DNA of 42,279 nucleotides from Jimgerdemannia flammicorona. Taxonomy: Eukaryota. Location of the stretch: the NCBI GenBank assembly GCA_003990765.1, contig RBNJ01000093.1:1-42279 (forward strand), read 5' to 3'. A program made the position numbers and the translations under genes. Position 1 is the first letter of the stretch. Each line of letters starts with the position of its first letter. The notes below the pieces were generated by a model that had not been told where the DNA came from, did no database searches, and saw only the letters and a program-made list of their open reading frames with translations. Shown here one piece after another: positions 24,701 to 36,599 of the stretch.

Positions 24701-25470
24701 AGAGACCTCTCCTAGCAAGGAGGTATTCAGTCACTAATGTCCAGGTTCCTCTCTACTTTCCCCAAAACACCCCTCTTCTAGAAGACCCCAGTAATCTGAT
24801 TACAGACACCAAACAGTTTCTAAAGTTCTCTAGATATCAACTCTCAAGCAATCAGCAGTTAATATCCAGTCAATCCTTAAGCCCAGCCCTACCACCCAAT
24901 AGGTAAAGATCCTACAATCCCTTCATCTAAGTCTCCTAATATCCACTAAGGAGCTCAAATATTTGACTTCCTTCCAGACTTTCATACCACTACTTCTACT
25001 TACTATCTCTTTTTCCCTATTAGTTCTGTCTATCTTCCATCATATATTATGTTAAAGTTCCCCTCTAGGCAATCAATTCCTGCCTCCACCAATGCTCCAG
25101 ACTCTTGTAGCCATTGAATCCATTCTACTCTCTCCCTCCTCTCAGCCAGACAATAATATGATCCAACCATCAAGAGCCTTTAGCCTGGTCTCTTCCAGAC
25201 TCCTGACACTATCCTGCTCCTCCAATGTTCAATATCTTCAATATTCCCCTTACTCTTCCTAATTAGAATGTCCATACATCGTCACCAAATAACCACATCA
25301 CCTCATTTCTTCATCTAGTCCAGAGTATCCAAGTCTTCATCACACCCAATATTCTATAGTAGAAACAAATCTACTTCTATCCCCTTCAGCTATCTAAAGA
25401 TATTTTGCTACCTCATCATACCTCATAGCCTATTGATATTCAAAGATAAGATATTAGTTATACTATTTAT
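21800..25470 (-). pseudogene. LINE ORF2: apurinic endonuclease and reverse transcriptase
   Basis: LSLNIN ~25445, G(D)FN ~25060, RIDWIL ~24870, NWRPIILLDIDCKL ~23840, LVFLDQEKAYDRV ~23640, GVLQG(D)PLSPILY ~23465, AFA(DD)M ~23350, YLG ~23160. Confidence 0.9.
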
Positions 25471-25489
25471 ATTGAATAATATTATTTGA

Positions 25490-27400
25490 AGAATAGCTAT
25501 CTACTGTACAATTCTATGCTCACTATATTACTAGTAATATCTAGATTCCTCTCTGCCTTCAGTTTATCTGTCTCTTCTTGCTGAGCCTCCAGTGCCTCTA
25601 AGATCTTCTGACAATCAATACCATCCATTGCTTCTATCTTCATTTGGTACTACTTGCACACTATCTGCCACTTTGCAGCTCTTTCCTCAGATCTCACATA
25701 TATGTAGCTCTATCATTTATAATCACCAGAAGTGCTATCTCCCTATCATCATTTATATAATATACCTCAGCCTCTAGCAATGCTACTATTATCTTATTCC
25801 AGAGTTTTCATAACATCTTCTCACTATGCAGGATTTCACCCCAGTATCTCTTGTTTAATACCTGAAAGTCCTCTCTCTCCAGCTTCTCAGCCACCACATT
25901 CTCAAGTATTTTCCACAGCCATTTCTCCTTGACCTCAGCCTCTACCACTCTCTGAACCACCCCCTTCCCCCCTTCTATCTGTCTACTCTCTGCATTTCTC
26001 CTTGCTGACTCATTCCAATTCTTCTCTAGTATATCTTGCAATTTATCATCTCTTCTAGTCCCATCTGACACCCCATACTAAGGGCACCCCCCCTCTGCCA
26101 TCTCTGCATCCTCCACAACAACACTCAGCCCTGCACCTTCTCTCTCTCCTAGAGTCTCCTCTGGTACTACTCTCTTCTTCTCTGCTCAGATACTCACTCT
26201 TGATCCAGCTTCTTCAGTAGTAGTCCCTCCAGCTGCCCCTCCTTCCAACTTAGCCAATAGATTCTTCTGAATGCACCTCTCCTGTGCTCTCTCTCAGACT
26301 GTCCAATTCAACTGTACCCTCTTGCTATTTACAATCTCTACAACCATCTTAGCCTCAAACTCCTTCCAGACTAATCTCTTCCTCTCTATAGCTCTAGCTA
26401 AATTCTCTAATATCTCTAGCAATTCCTCTTCTTCCTCTAGTATCCCTTTCACTCATAAGATCTTATACTCCACAGGTATCTATTTGAGAACTACCAGCCA
26501 GTCCCTTATCTTCTCTATATTCTCCTTGTCCACCAGCCATACTTTGATATCTATATCTCCTATCCTGAATTCTATACCTTTCTAGACCTGAAACCCAACA
26601 TCTATGATATCTCTATACTCTTTGATGGTCTCTACAATCAACCTCTTGGCCACTTTCTTCAACATTATAGGAATATTCAGTACTGTCAGCTATACTATTT
26701 GGGAATCCCAGTATAAGTACTGGGCCATAGAGATCACTACTCCTCCCACTACTACTCTCTTCTCTATCACCTCCAACAGTATATCTTCTTTCTCAAAGCC
26801 TATCTTCACCTCTTCCAGACTTTTCAAAAACTTCACCAATGCTACTCTCTTCACCTCCTAAACCAGAAGCCTCAGAATCATCCTTGCTGTCACTACTAAG
26901 TCTTAGAAACACAATGTGACTATGAATTCTGATCTCAATTTCTTGAATAATAGTACTGCCACCAGGCCTATTACACCATCTGCCAGATCTCTGGGCCTCA
27001 TATCCACTCTCTGTCTAGATTTAACATTAACTATCACATCTGGATTTTTTTCCAGATTAGCAGTCCTCTTGCCATCAGCAGTCTCACTCCTCCCAGTCAC
27101 TACTCTCTCAGCCCTGCTGCTCTCACTACTATGAGCCACTCTATTAGACCCTGCAGTCCTCACCATCTCCTTGTCTTTTCTCAGCCAACCCTCCAGTCTC
27201 ATTGTTGGATAACCTCTTTTTATCTTGTCTATAAAGCTTATTCTCTTAGTTCTCTACCTCCCAGCACTGCCTTCTCCCCTTCTATATTCTCTAGCCAGCA
27301 AGCCCCTCATACTTCCCCCTAAGTCATGACTTCTCTCCACATACTGCTAGTCAAATATACTAGAACTGCCCTACCCAGCATAGATCTCAGAATACTAATC
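25490..27400 (-). pseudogene. LINE ORF1 (degenerate)
   Basis: Purine-rich coding-like minus strand upstream of the APE domain; homologous to 19567-21670. Boundaries approximate. Confidence 0.55.
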
Positions 27401-27491
27401 AGTTGCCATGTTGCTAGTACCTATTCTCCAAAAATAATATCTTGAGTATTGTCAGAAGTTTGTATAATCTAAATATTAATAGAGAAAGATA

Positions 27492-27990
27492 CCCACTAGC
27501 CCTTATCTCTTCAATTATGGCATATATGTATCTATACTGTCTTATTTCTAATCAACCTGCTATCAATAAAGCTATATTGCTCAACTCTCAATATCTATTG
27601 AGCCACTTAACAATAAGTATCTTAGTGATTTACTTTCTATTTATATCTAGAAGTATAATTGGTCTCCAATTTCTCTAATTCTCTTATCTATTCTTATCTT
27701 TATATAACAAAGCTATCAGACTGAGGTTATGTCCTTTGACTCACTCTTCATATATAAGAACAAAGTTATAAAGTATGGTTATCTCCTACAATATCTCTAG
27801 TATCTCTACTATCTTCTTCCAAAAGTCTCAGGGTAGGTCATTCTCATCAGAAGCTATGCTCAATTTCATAGCCAATAGAATACTCAGAATCTCATTCTCC
27901 TGAATTAGTAGAATTAGATCCTCAAGACTATCAATCTATAGAGAGTACTAATTCTCTAGAGAGTACTTATATCTACACTCTCAGCTTGTT
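27492..27990 (-). pseudogene. RT fragment of an older LINE that served as the insertion target (continues at ~21670-21740)
   Basis: NWRPIILLDIN at ~27640-27675; the frame continues past the TSD as IRTSGLDERLIFLDQKKTY. Confidence 0.75.
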
Positions 27991-28189
27991 AGATTCTCCT
28001 ATATATAAAAGGTAAATATAATAAGCTAAAAATTGTTAAATTTAGACATATTTTTATTAAGTTATTATATTTCTAAAAATAGAATTCAAATTGAAAAATC
28101 TCTAATTTAATTTAATTCAAATGACTCTCAATTCAATTCAATTTAAATTAATTTGATTCATTTGGAAGTATTGGTACCACTACTTTACC

Positions 28190-28716
28190 AACTATTAACC
28201 TAGTCTGTAAGGCTTCCTCCAATGGCTCTATCTCCTCAAACTCTATCTCAACTCTCTCCAATCTCTATAGAAACTTAATTGAAGCCACCCCAGTTATCTT
28301 ATTTACAATCAGATCCAAAACTATTTTAACTGTCACCACTAACTCTCAGAAGTACAAAGTAATAGTAAATTTAGAGATTAACTTCTTAAGTAATAGAGCC
28401 ACTGTCAGATCTATTATACTATTTACCAGATCTATCATTTCTTCTTATCCTACCTACCTAGTCTCTCTATCAATAGTTATATCTGGATTTTTTTCCAGAT
28501 CCTCTATTATATTACTATTAGTAGTCATATCTCTATCTTCAGTAATAGTTCCACAAGTCTCTATACTAGCTTTACCAGCTATCAATCTATCAGCTCTTTT
28601 AGTATTAGCCTTTTTTCTCTCTCTAGACTTACTACTCTTAGTATCTCTAGACTAACTCTCTATCTTCACCTTATTGACAAAACTCATCAGCCTCTATTCT
28701 CTTCTATTTACTATTA
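28190..28716 (-). mobile_element. Third LINE ORF1 fragment
   Basis: Similar to 26850-27250 (for example TCTGGATTTTTTTCCAGAT at ~28483 and ~27040). Confidence 0.6.
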
Positions 28717-30237
28717 TATAGTGGTCACTGAGTCCTTTAAATATATCAGATTCTCTTCAAGGTATATCTCTTAGACTAACTACAAGTTTCTTATAAGCAA
28801 GTTCTTATTAGAGTACCTTTCTAAGGTCTTATAGTTCTCAAACTTCTTATCTTTAAACTGTCTTATTATCTCTTAGATTGCTTGTATGAAATTAAGTATA
28901 AGTGAACTTAACTGACTTTATTTCAAAAGAAATAAGAGAGGTATTTATACAAAATATAATTCAATGATTGCTAAGATATAAAGCTAAATATAAATTCCAA
29001 TAACCAAATAAAATACTGAAACATAGAAAACTTCAGTCATAAGTGTAAATTTGAGTACTTATATAAATAATTGCATAAGTTCAGAATACCAGAAGATTTT
29101 GATAGTATAGGAAAAGGATACCAGAAGATTTTAGTATTATTAAGAACTTAGAGCAGAATGTTCAGAACCATGAAGACTTTATCTTCATTGCTGCCAGAGG
29201 TCAGGATGTCTTCAAAGGAGATGAGATTAGCAAAAATTTTATCTATTTTGCATATATTGCCAATTAGCAAGATAATGTCATTGCTGATAATATCATTATA
29301 AGTAATATTATCTCATTTAGTAGTAGAGAAAGCAAGGAGGTCTAGAGATCTCCAATCTATGAGGTTCTCTTCTACAAAATAAGAGACAAATGTGGGATCT
29401 TAGGAAGGTCTAATCTGGATACTGGTGCCTTAGAATGCTGAGATCAATCCTTGTAGAAATTGATCTAAATTGTTCTGAAGGATGGAATTTCAGAACTTTT
29501 CTACTTCATTACTATTGAGGGTGATAGTGGACTGAGCTTCTGTGATAACTATGGCTTCTAGTGCATTGGTATAACAGATTGATAATTCCTTAAAGTCTGA
29601 GACTCTAGTATACTTTAAGTTAGAGATTGACTACAGTGTATATCTGAAGACCTGATGAATCTTCTTAGCTGTCCTTATTTCACATACATCCATGAGAGTG
29701 GTATTTTGTATCTCTTGAAGACTGACCTGAGGGAATTTCTGATAGAGAAGGTTTCCTATTTCATATTCCTGTCATATTTAGAGGTATTTGGTAGCAATAG
29801 TAATCTTTGTTTTCATTTTATAGTAGTAGAGAATATAATGATAAGGGTCATCAGTACCCAGGTTAAGGCTAGGAGTCCTACTTGTGTGGATCCTCATAGC
29901 TCTTCTGATGTCTTAGAATATCCTTTCCTAGACTGAGAGGCCTTGGTGGTTTCTGGATTTTGAGATTTAGTGAGCAGCAGGTATTTTGTTTATAGTAAGT
30001 CTTTTGAACTATTTCTGTGAGTCTTGTTTGAGTTGCTGCTACTGCAGTTTTTTTATCCTTTTTTTATATTCCTTGAAATTTCTGTCTTATGGTCACAATG
30101 ACTCATAATTAGTCATCATTACTCATCTTGTAGCTTGGGTAAGTTATGCTATATGATCTTCTTATACTCTGATCTGGTGACTTATAAGGAAAGGCTGTCT
30201 CCTGTGATAATATCATTATTCTAAAATCACCATTATA
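28717..30237 (-). repeat. 3' LTR of a third Gypsy family (C), ~1.52 kb
   Basis: Inverted termini TATAGTGGT...ACCATTATA (decayed TG...CA); PPT AGAAGGAAGA at 30238-30247; TATAAATA 28942-28949 and AATAAA 28917-28922 on the minus strand; lies downstream of integrase. Confidence 0.72.
29148..30126 (-). pseudogene. U3-encoded ORF of LTR-C, homologous to the LTR-B and LTR-A ORFs
   Basis: LNLGTDDPYHYILYYYKMKTKITIATKYL*I*QEYEIGNLL...IRTAKKIHQVFRYTL*SISNL aligns without gaps to the LTR-B ORF; several stops and at least one frameshift. Confidence 0.75.
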
Positions 30238-30599
30238 TCTTCCTTCTGAATAAGGATCTTCTCTTGAACATTCTTATTCATTGGTCTAGTCTGAAAAATT
30301 TGCTGATCTCATAACCTCTGACAGGGAGTCAAAAAGTAGTATTTATGAGCTAGTATCTTTTTTATATATTTTGGCATGATGGTGAAGAGTTGCTTCCTTC
30401 ATATAAAGCAAAGACCTGATTCTGATCTTGACTAATCAGTTGATGGTTTGAACTTCTCTAGCTTTAAAAGTCTCATAGATGAGTAGTTTCTGATACTATA
30501 TCTCTTAGAGAATAGTCTAGATAGATTGTCTGCTAGTTATGGAATATGTTGTTATAATTTGTAGACTAGAACCTCATGAGTAGTTATTATATTTTACTT

Positions 30600-31610
30600 C
30601 TCTTATATATGTTCATAGTACTTCTTGAGTCTGTTCCTATATACCATAATAGGCAGTATGGTCTCTGAGAGTTTTCTAAGCCAGAAGATAGTTCTCTTGA
30701 TATCTTGTATATAGAAGAGTCCTTTTTATTTAGGCTCCAGTTTTCATGACCATAAGATTTCTACTATATTTCAATATAGTAGGACCTTTTCTCTGATTTG
30801 GATGGGTTCTAGGGTCTTATAATTCTTTTCTATATTCTTTCTTATCAGTACTTGTAACTTGATGATATAATCTTCAGCCTTCTTTCTGATTTGGTGTAGT
30901 CTTCAGATTTTTAAGTCAATCTATCATCAAGTTAGATCTAGATTTATAGCTGAGGTTTTATTAGAATCTTCTTCTCTGAAGAGCAGTTCTCTTAGAGTAA
31001 AGTGTGTGCTCTATGACCATATATCTTGTAAGACAGAGAGGGCAGTTGAGAGGTAGTTATCTCAATTCTCATATATTTCTGAGATCTTGGTCAGAATATT
31101 CTTGAGGGTCTTGTTAGTTCTTTCTATCTATCTATTTCCTTGAGAGTGATATATAGTAGTCTTGATGTGCTGAATCTTATATTTCTGATATATTATCTCA
31201 TAGAATCTATTGACAAATTCTGTACTATGGTCTGTAGTGATTTACCTTGATATCTTGTAGTGGTAGATGATTTCTCAGTGCAGAAAGTTGGCTATAGAGA
31301 AAGTATTGGCTTCTTGTAATACTCCTGCTTCTATCTATTTGATAAAGAGATCTATGATAACTATAATGTAGTAGATTTCTGATAGTGTTACTAGTAGTGG
31401 TCCAATAATATCTATTTTAATGTGGTGAAAGGAGATAGACTCAATTCTGAATGACCCAGATACCTAGTCTTACTGATCTTATTTCTGTTTTTGGTACTTG
31501 TTACACTCTTTGACAAATTGGTACAGATCTTTTTCTATTTTAAGCCACTATATAGTTCTTCTTGCTTTGTCATATGTATTGGTTTCTCTTAGGTATTCTT
31601 GTTTATATAT
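30600..31610 (-). pseudogene. Gypsy integrase core and GPY/F region of element C; 5'-truncated
   Basis: FHHIKIDIIGPL...IDLFIK*IEA...ITTDHSTEFVN...TTIYHSQGNR*IERTNKTLKNIL; KLEPK*KGLFYI. Confidence 0.88.
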
Positions 31611-31620
31611 AGTGTACAGT

Positions 31621-32189
31621 ACTTATACTCAACTTTTTGTATCTCCTTTTTATTGTATTTAATAAAAAATAAAAAAAAATCATAAATTGATAGAAAAACC
31701 TATAAAGTTTAATCAAATAGAGAGTTTTTTTTTATTTTTATATATAATATTTTAATAAAAATAGTTTTTTTATTATTTTATAATAAATATTGAGACCAGT
31801 TACAATTTTGGTCTTAAATTAAAGCCAAATTACAAATCACTGGTTACAAATTCAAATTAATAAATTACTTATAACTATATTATTTTTAAAAAAAAACTCT
31901 CTATTTAAGTAAAGTAGATATGTAATATTTACTATTTATATTCCTAATAATAATTTTTTTTTTAATATGACCAATATATAGGAGAAGAGATTTTAAAAAT
32001 ATAAAAATCTATATTAAATAAGTAAAAAACTATCTCTATTAAAATATTATATATTATAATAAAAAAAAAAAACTCTCTATTTGATTAAACTTAATAGGAT
32101 TTTCTATCAAGTTATGATTTTTATTTTTATTTTATTAAATATATTAAAAAGAAGAAGCAAAAAAGAGTGACAAAAAATTAAGCATAAGT
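31621..32189. repeat. AT-rich imperfect inverted repeat (arms ~31621-31760 and ~32040-32189)
   Basis: CATAAATTGATAGAAAAACCTATAAAGTTTAATCAAATAGAGAG versus CTCTCTATTTGATTAAACTTAATAGGATTTTCTATCAAGTTATG. Confidence 0.8.
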
Positions 32190-34075
32190 TTAGGTGTAAC
32201 TATTAATTTAAGGCCAAATATCATTAGGGTGCACAATTCCCAAATGGTGTACCTAAATGGTGTAGCTTCACTAATCTTGCAGAGTTCCCTTTCACTGTTC
32301 TTACTAAGTTCCTCTTTACTATTATTTATCAATTTTAGGCCAAAATTGTGAAACTGGCTGATTTGAAGGAGAATTCAGCAAAGGGGAATAATTTTGATAA
32401 TCGATTTAAGGCCAAACACCATTTGGGCACACAATCTCCAAATGGTGTACCCAAATGAGGCCAAAATTATAAAACTGGCTGGCTTGAAGGGGAATTTGGC
32501 AAAGGAGAATAATTTTGATAATTGATTTAAGGCCAAACACTGTTTGGGCACAAATGGTGTATCCAAATGGTGAAGCTTCATGAAGATTCACTGATCTTGT
32601 AGAGTTTTTTTCACTAATTTTGCTGAGTTCTCCTTCACCAAGTTCTCTATCAATTTAAGGCCAAAATTGTGAAACTGGCTGGCTTGAAGGGGAATTCAGC
32701 AAAGGGGAACAATTTGGTAATAAATTTAAGACCAAATACCATTTGGGTGCATGATCCTCAATTGGTATGCCTAAATAGTGCAGCTTCACTGATCTTGCAG
32801 AGTTCTCTTTCACCAAAATTGTGAAACTGGCTAGCTTGAATGGGAATTTGGCAAAGGGGAACAATTTTGGTAATCAATTTAAGGCCAAACACCATAAATT
32901 CACTAATCTTACCAAGTTCTCCTTTACTAAGCTTTATTGATTTAAGGCCAAAATTATGAAACTGACTAGCTTGAAGGGGAATTTAGCAAAGGAGAATAAT
33001 ATTGGTAATTGATTTAAGGCCAAATATTATTTGAATGCACAATTCCCAAATGGTGTGCCCAAATAATGAAGCTTTATAAAATTTTGTAGAGTTTCCTTTT
33101 TTACCAAATTCTCTATCAATTTAAGACCAAAAGTATGAAACTGGCCAGGGGAACAATTTTACATGATTCCCAAATAGTGCACCCAAATAAGGGAAACTGG
33201 TTGGCTTGAATAATTTTGGTAATCAATTTAAGGCCAAACACTGTTTGAGCATATGATCTCCAAATGGTATACCCAAATGATGAAGCTTCATGAAGGTTCA
33301 CTGATCTTGTAGAGTTCCCTTTTACTGATCTTGCTGAGTTCCCCTTCACCAAGTTTTCTATTAATTTAAGGCCAAAATTGTGAAACTGGCTGGCTTGAAG
33401 GTAAAGGAGAACAATTTGGTAATAAATTTAAGACCAAACACCATTTGTGCACATAATTCTCAATTGGTGTGCCTAAATGGTACAGCTTCACTGATCTTGT
33501 AGAGTTCCCTTTCACTATTCTTATCAAGTTCCCCTTCACCATTCTCTATCAAGTTTAGGCCAAAATTGTGAAACTGGCTAGCTTGAAGGGGAATTTGGCA
33601 AAGGGGAACAATTTTGGTAATCAATTTAAGGCCAAACCCCATCCAAATGGTACACCCAAATGGTGCAGGTTCACTGATCTTACCGAGTTCCCCTTCACCA
33701 AGTTCTTTAGTGATTTAAGGCTAAAATTGTGAAACTGGTTGGCTTGAAGGCGAATTCGGTAAAGGGGAACAATTTTGGTAATAATTTAAGGCCAAACACT
33801 ATTTGGGTGCACAATCCCCAAATAGTGTACCCAAATAGTGCAGGTTCACTAGTTCTCCTTCACTAAGTTCTTTATTAATTTAAGGCCAATATTATGAAAC
33901 TAGCTGGCTTGAAGAGGAATTTGGAAAATAATTTTGGTAATTGATTTAAGGCCAAACACTGTTTGGGCATACAATCCCAAATGGTGTAAAGCTTTATAAA
34001 AATTCACTAATCTTGTAGCCAAGTTCTCCTTCACCAAGTTCTCTATCAATTTAAGGCCAAAATTGTGAAACTGGC
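32190..34075 (+). repeat. Degenerate tandem array, ~170-200-bp unit anchored on ATTTAAGGCCAAA
   Basis: About ten recurrences of TTTAAGGCCAAAATTGTGAAACTGGCTGGCTTGAAGGGGAATT with modular indels. Confidence 0.9.
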
Positions 34076-34139
34076 TGAGAAAGAACTAATATATATTGAA
34101 TATATTTGATAGAATAGAGTTATTTATACAATATATTAG

Positions 34140-36193
34140 CTAAACAGATTTCTGAGAGACATATTGATATGAATGATATTTTTTAACATCATTTTCTGCA
34201 TCAGCTAATATAAGTCCCTTTTGATATGCATTTATATATTTTTGTAAATGATATACATATTTTCTAATTGTAATAAGATCAACAGAGGCCAAAGCTTTTG
34301 GAATATTCTGCTTCAGTCCAGTCTCTGTATAATTACAATGAGTTCTAAATATTGTAATTAATAATTATAATAATTAGTATTATTATTAAATTATAATTAT
34401 AATTTAATAATATATATATTACATATCTGTAATATCTTTTTACACTACTCCAAAAATATTCAATGTAATTAAGTTCACAATAAAACTTAGGATAAAAAAT
34501 ACATTTATGACCTAAACTTTCAATAACCTCTTGAACAAATGACTTCTGTACTTTAAAATCTTCTTGAAGAGATAAAATTTACACAACACAACAATCTTCT
34601 GTCTTGCATTTTTCCTTGCATTTTCTTTTTAAATCTTTTCTCCAAAAATTTCTTTCTTTAAGTATTTTTTTTTAAGCCTTTTGCATTACCATGCAGATTA
34701 ACAATTTTATATTTTGATATAAATATCATTTCTTGAGTAATATTGTTAAACTTTGTAGTTCTCATAAGTGGCTGTTTTCCACCAGATCCAAAATTCATCT
34801 TGTGAGCAAATAAAGCATTTAATGTATATATTGAATGTCCTTGACTATGATCAAATGCAAATACTGCTATATAGTTAGGATGAATGGTGTTGAAAATTGG
34901 AATAGCTTTGTTTTTGATCTAATGATATAATATTAATTTATATTATAAGTTTTTTAGTTAATTTATTTACTAAATTTAATTATTATTATAAATATATATA
35001 CCTGATCTATTAGATCATTTCCAGTCCAATAATCTTTCTTAGCTTTTCTAATTTCAAGTAGATAACAAGCTTCTCTTAGAGGCTTTGGACTCTTTATATC
35101 TTTATATTATTCTTTAGATATAGCTAGTCTTCCAACAGTATTCAGTAGAAAATCACTAACCATTATACTAGTACCTCTACTTTTTTTTTCTTAGAGGAAA
35201 TTGTCCTTTTGGTCCCCATCCAAAGTTTAGATCATCATTAGTATTAAAAGTAGCCTCATCATGTATTACTAGAATATGTTGTTGTCCAAGAGAAATATTA
35301 TATTACAATGGTTGAAAATCTTTATCATATTGAACTATAAATGGTTTCCAGTCAGCCATCTACTTTAAAAATTGTTCCCGAGATACTTTAACATCATCTC
35401 TTTTATGACCATCAATATAAAGTCCTTTTCTGTATCTACTGTAAGTATAACCTATCTTTAGCATCCATCTTTTTGCTATATCTTCATGAATTTTTATAGA
35501 TTCTACTGATATTGAAAAAATCTCTTCTAAATGTTCTTTAAAAGACCTTAGAGTAGCAGCAAACTTATTATTTTCTAAATAAGTTTTAACTGCAAGTTTA
35601 ATATTTTTATCTTCAAGAAGACTTTTCTTCTTAGTATGTCTTTCTTGCTGAGAAATAGAAAGAGTTCTATTGTTAATCCAATCTTGTGTCTATCTTCTTA
35701 AAAGCTTTGCATAATATGAGCCTTTGTTGATACTTTCTGCAATTAGTTAACTAGCTTGAGAAGCACCTCTATTATTATTTCTAAACATCATATATTGTGA
35801 TATATGATGATATTTTAGAATATAACTTAGAGATAGATTCTCTAAACTTTTTAAGTGAACTTTAAGTGCAGTGATGTGAGATTTCCAACTATTATCAGCT
35901 TTTTTATCTTCATCTTCATCTTCATATTCCTCTTCTTCTTCTTCTCTCTCATCATCTTCTTCTCTCTCATCTTTATCATCTTCTCTCTCATTATCTTCTT
36001 CCTCATAATCTTCTTCATCATCATCTTTGTCTTCTCTATCATCTATATATTATAATTATTATTATAATTAATATATATTATTAATATTATTAATATTTAT
36101 ATAATAATATTTACCTATAGTATCATCCTCAAGTTTACTTTTTTGATGTCTTAGGACTTGTAAGTGCTGGTTTTGTTTTGATAGTTTTGACAT
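34140..36193 (-). pseudogene. IS630/Tc1-like DDE transposase with three short AT-rich introns (36043-36114, 34919-35001, ~34345-34426)
   Basis: GLYIDGHKRDDV, HILVIHDEATF, AVFAFDHSQGH, FYPKFYCELNYIEYFW motifs; removing the introns restores the frame; acidic tract after exon 1. Confidence 0.85.
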
Positions 36194-36244
36194 TTTATTG
36201 TAACTAAAATATAAATTTAATAATTTAGATAAATGTAAGAGAAA

Positions 36245-36460
36245 GTCAGAATATGACAGGACAAAATAGATGAAACAGAACAGGGATATGACAGAGATAG
36301 AACAGGATAGATGAGATAGAACATAATAAAACAGGATAGGATAGACAAGACAAGACAAAATAGATAAGACAGGATAAGATAGATGAGACAATAGATAAGA
36401 CAGAATAGAATAGACAGGATAGGATAGATGAGATAGGACCAAATAGATGAGACAGGATAT
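36245..36460 (+). repeat. Purine-rich simple repeat (GACAGGATAG/GATGAGATAG)
   Basis: Visible 5/10-bp periodicity upstream of the transposase ATG. Confidence 0.7.
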
Positions 36461-36599
36461 ATAAATATTTTTATATTTATTTTTTAGAAAAAAAAAATTG
36501 CATATTACATATCTTAGTTTTGTAAGATATCAAGAAGTTTGTTGACAATTTTGATGATGAATAAACTTATAGCTGAGTTAGAAATAAAATGTAGATGTC

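Larger units (their letters stand above)
21741..27491 (-). mobile_element. Full-length degenerate L1/Tx1-like LINE with poly(A) tail
   Basis: T-tract 21741-21757; 17-bp TSD CCCACTAGYCCTTATCT at 21724-21740 and 27492-27508; ORF1 followed by APE-RT. Confidence 0.88.

Noticed and set aside
28020-28175. AATTCAA-rich patch ending TTTGGAAGTATTG, a possible DNA-transposon end
   Set aside because: No partner terminus or TSD found in the window.
30250-30600. Possible extra small ORF between integrase C and its PPT, faintly like the U3 domain
   Set aside because: Too decayed to fix a frame or support an alignment.
13550-31610. Idea that the gag remnant and integrase/LTR-C belong to one element
   Set aside because: On the minus strand the gag lies downstream of the 3' LTR, so the order is incompatible.
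32144-33642. Repeated short ORFs (PFGYTIW...FGLKLI)
   Set aside because: Translations of the tandem array; frames are not conserved between units.
35851-36442. Lys/Met-rich, Phe/Ile-rich and LSYPV-repeat ORFs
   Set aside because: Wrong-frame or antisense readings of the transposase acidic tract and the upstream simple repeat; only MSKLSKQ...DDTI is real (exon 1).
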